Shown here one piece after another: positions 49,683 through 51,072 of a stretch of 51,072 bases of DNA. The DNA comes from Deltaproteobacteria bacterium (lineage in GTDB: Bacteria; Desulfobacterota; Syntrophia; Syntrophales; UBA2210): contig JAFDBG010000011.1 in assembly GCA_019313385.1 (NCBI GenBank), positions 1 through 51,072 of the forward strand, read 5' to 3'. The notes beneath the pieces were generated by a model. It saw only the letters and a list, made by a program, of their open reading frames with translations. It had not been told where the DNA came from and ran no database searches. Positions within the stretch are counted from its first letter, which is position 1; each line of letters starts with the position of its first letter. The translations under genes and the position numbers were made by a program.

Positions 49683-50963
49683 ATGCTTGATATAAAGTTT
49701 ATAAGAGAAAACACTGATCTCGTCAGGGTAAAACTGAAGGAGAGAGGGGATGCCATTGATCTGGATCAGTTCTCCGCGATGGATCGAAAGAGGAGAGACA
49801 TCCTCCAGGAAGTGGAGACTCTGAGGAGTGACAGGAACAGCGTTTCAAAGGAGATAGGAAGAAGGAAAAAGAGTGGGGAAGACGCGTCCGGGATTATTGC
49901 AGAGATGGGCAGTGTATCCTCCAGGATAAAGAAACTGGACGAATCGCTTAAAGAGACCGAAGCATTGCTGAACGCTTTGATAATGACCATACCCAACATG
50001 CCCCATGAGTCGGTTGTCTGTGGGACAGGGGACGAAGACAATCCTGTGGTAAGAAAGTGGGGAGAGAAACCGCAGTTTGATTTTGAGCCCAAACCCCACT
50101 GGGATATAGGCGAAGAACTGAATATACTGGACTTTGCCTGTGGTGCCAAGATAGCCGGCGCGCGTTTTACCGTTTACAGGGGCGCGGGTGCCCGGCTGGA
50201 AAGGGCGCTGATAAACTTCATGCTTGATCTCCACACGATGGAGCATGGCTACACAGAAATATTGACTCCATTCATGGTGAACAGCGAAAGCATGACGGGG
50301 ACGGGACAGCTTCCCAAATTCGAAGAAGATCTTTTCAAGATAGCAGGCACAGACTATTATCTCATTCCCACGGCGGAGGTGCCTGTCACCAATATACACA
50401 GGGATGAGATACTGGATGAAAAGAACCTTCCAGTTGGTTATGTGGCCTATTCAGCCTGTTTCCGGGCAGAGGCCGGTTCTTATGGAAAGGACACGAGGGG
50501 GCTGATAAGACAGCACCAGTTCAACAAAGTGGAGATGGTGAAATTCACCAGACCGGAAGAATCGTATGATGAACTGGAGAAATTGACAGCGAATGCCGAG
50601 GAGGTCTTGAAGAGGCTTGGTATCCATTTCCGGACTGTTAATCTGTGCACGGGTGATCTGGGGTTTTCCTCCGCGAAGACTTATGACCTGGAGGCATGGC
50701 TGCCCGGACAGGATACCTACAGAGAGATATCCTCCTGTAGCAACTTTGAAGCCTTTCAGGGGCGCAGGGCGAATATCAGGTTCCGCCGCGAGGAAAATTC
50801 AAAGGTTGAGTATGTTCACACACTCAACGGTTCAGGTCTTGCCATAGGACGGACAGTGGTGGCGATACTGGAAAACTACCAGCAGAAGGACGGAACGGTG
50901 ATTGTTCCTGAAGCGCTGAGACCTTATATGAATGGGGTTGACAGGATAGTCCAGAATAAATAA
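49683..50963 (+). CDS. serS: Serine-tRNA ligase
   Basis: [30 protein letters not shown] and HTLNGSGLA motifs. Confidence 0.97.
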   Translation: MLDIKFIRENTDLVRVKLKERGDAIDLDQFSAMDRKRRDILQEVETLRSDRNSVSKEIGRRKKSGEDASGIIAEMGSVSSRIKKLDESLKETEALLNALIMTIPNMPHESVVCGTGDEDNPVVRKWGEKPQFDFEPKPHWDIGEELNILDFACGAKIAGARFTVYRGAGARLERALINFMLDLHTMEHGYTEILTPFMVNSESMTGTGQLPKFEEDLFKIAGTDYYLIPTAEVPVTNIHRDEILDEKNLPVGYVAYSACFRAEAGSYGKDTRGLIRQHQFNKVEMVKFTRPEESYDELEKLTANAEEVLKRLGIHFRTVNLCTGDLGFSSAKTYDLEAWLPGQDTYREISSCSNFEAFQGRRANIRFRREENSKVEYVHTLNGSGLAIGRTVVAILENYQQKDGTVIVPEALRPYMNGVDRIVQNK

Positions 50964-50981
50964 AGTGAACAATGCAAAATC

Positions 50982-51067
50982 GGAGGGATGGCCGAGAGGT
51001 CGAAGGCGGCGGTCTTGAAAACCGTTAACCGAAAGGTTCGCGGGTTCGAATCCTGCTCCCTCCGCCA
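50982..51067 (+). tRNA. tRNA-Ser (anticodon TGA)
   Basis: GGAGGGA/TCCCTCC acceptor stem, anticodon loop CT-TGA-AA, long variable arm, GGTTCGAATCC, encoded CCA. Confidence 0.96.
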
Positions 51068-51072
51068 TATAA

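Noticed and set aside
50832-51068. 78-aa minus-strand ORF
   Set aside because: Antisense of tRNA-Ser and the serS 3' end

Overview
Bacterial chromosomal window; gene content and repeat types suggest an anaerobic deltaproteobacterium/Desulfobacterota (inference). Layout: (1) 0.2-7.2 kb housekeeping genes (Rho-N-like protein, CBS/ACT protein, murJ, Sua5/YciO family, RNase E/G, adenine deaminase). (2) 7.2-13.8 kb TPP-riboswitch-controlled thiamine salvage operon (thiN-thiD-ABC transporter-thiM-thiE-frameshifted HAD-like gene). (3) 13.8-24.6 kb partly decayed defence island: AbiE toxin-antitoxin pair, RhuM-Fic pseudogene, and a type III-like mod/res pair. Between mod and res lie two gene cassettes separated by diverged copies of the res start and the mod end. 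(4) 24.6-41.9 kb, a ~17 kb minus-strand RiPP cluster bracketed by a 44-bp diverged direct repeat of a patatin-like gene's 3' end. It holds TolC, the NHLP-type secretion trio, a binding protein, an HExxH protein, two intact Nif11-type precursors plus a third decayed one, a radical SAM/SPASM enzyme, a PoyD-like epimerase, an unknown (possibly prenyltransferase-like) protein and a geranylgeranyl-reductase-family enzyme. (5) 43-51 kb cimA-leuA-leuC-leuD under an apparent Ile-rich leader-peptide attenuator, convergent leuB, serS and tRNA-Ser(TGA). The best candidates for undescribed systems are the RiPP island and the mod-res cassette array carrying an HATPase-STAS-PIN triad. All family calls come from motif recognition by eye; no searches were run.
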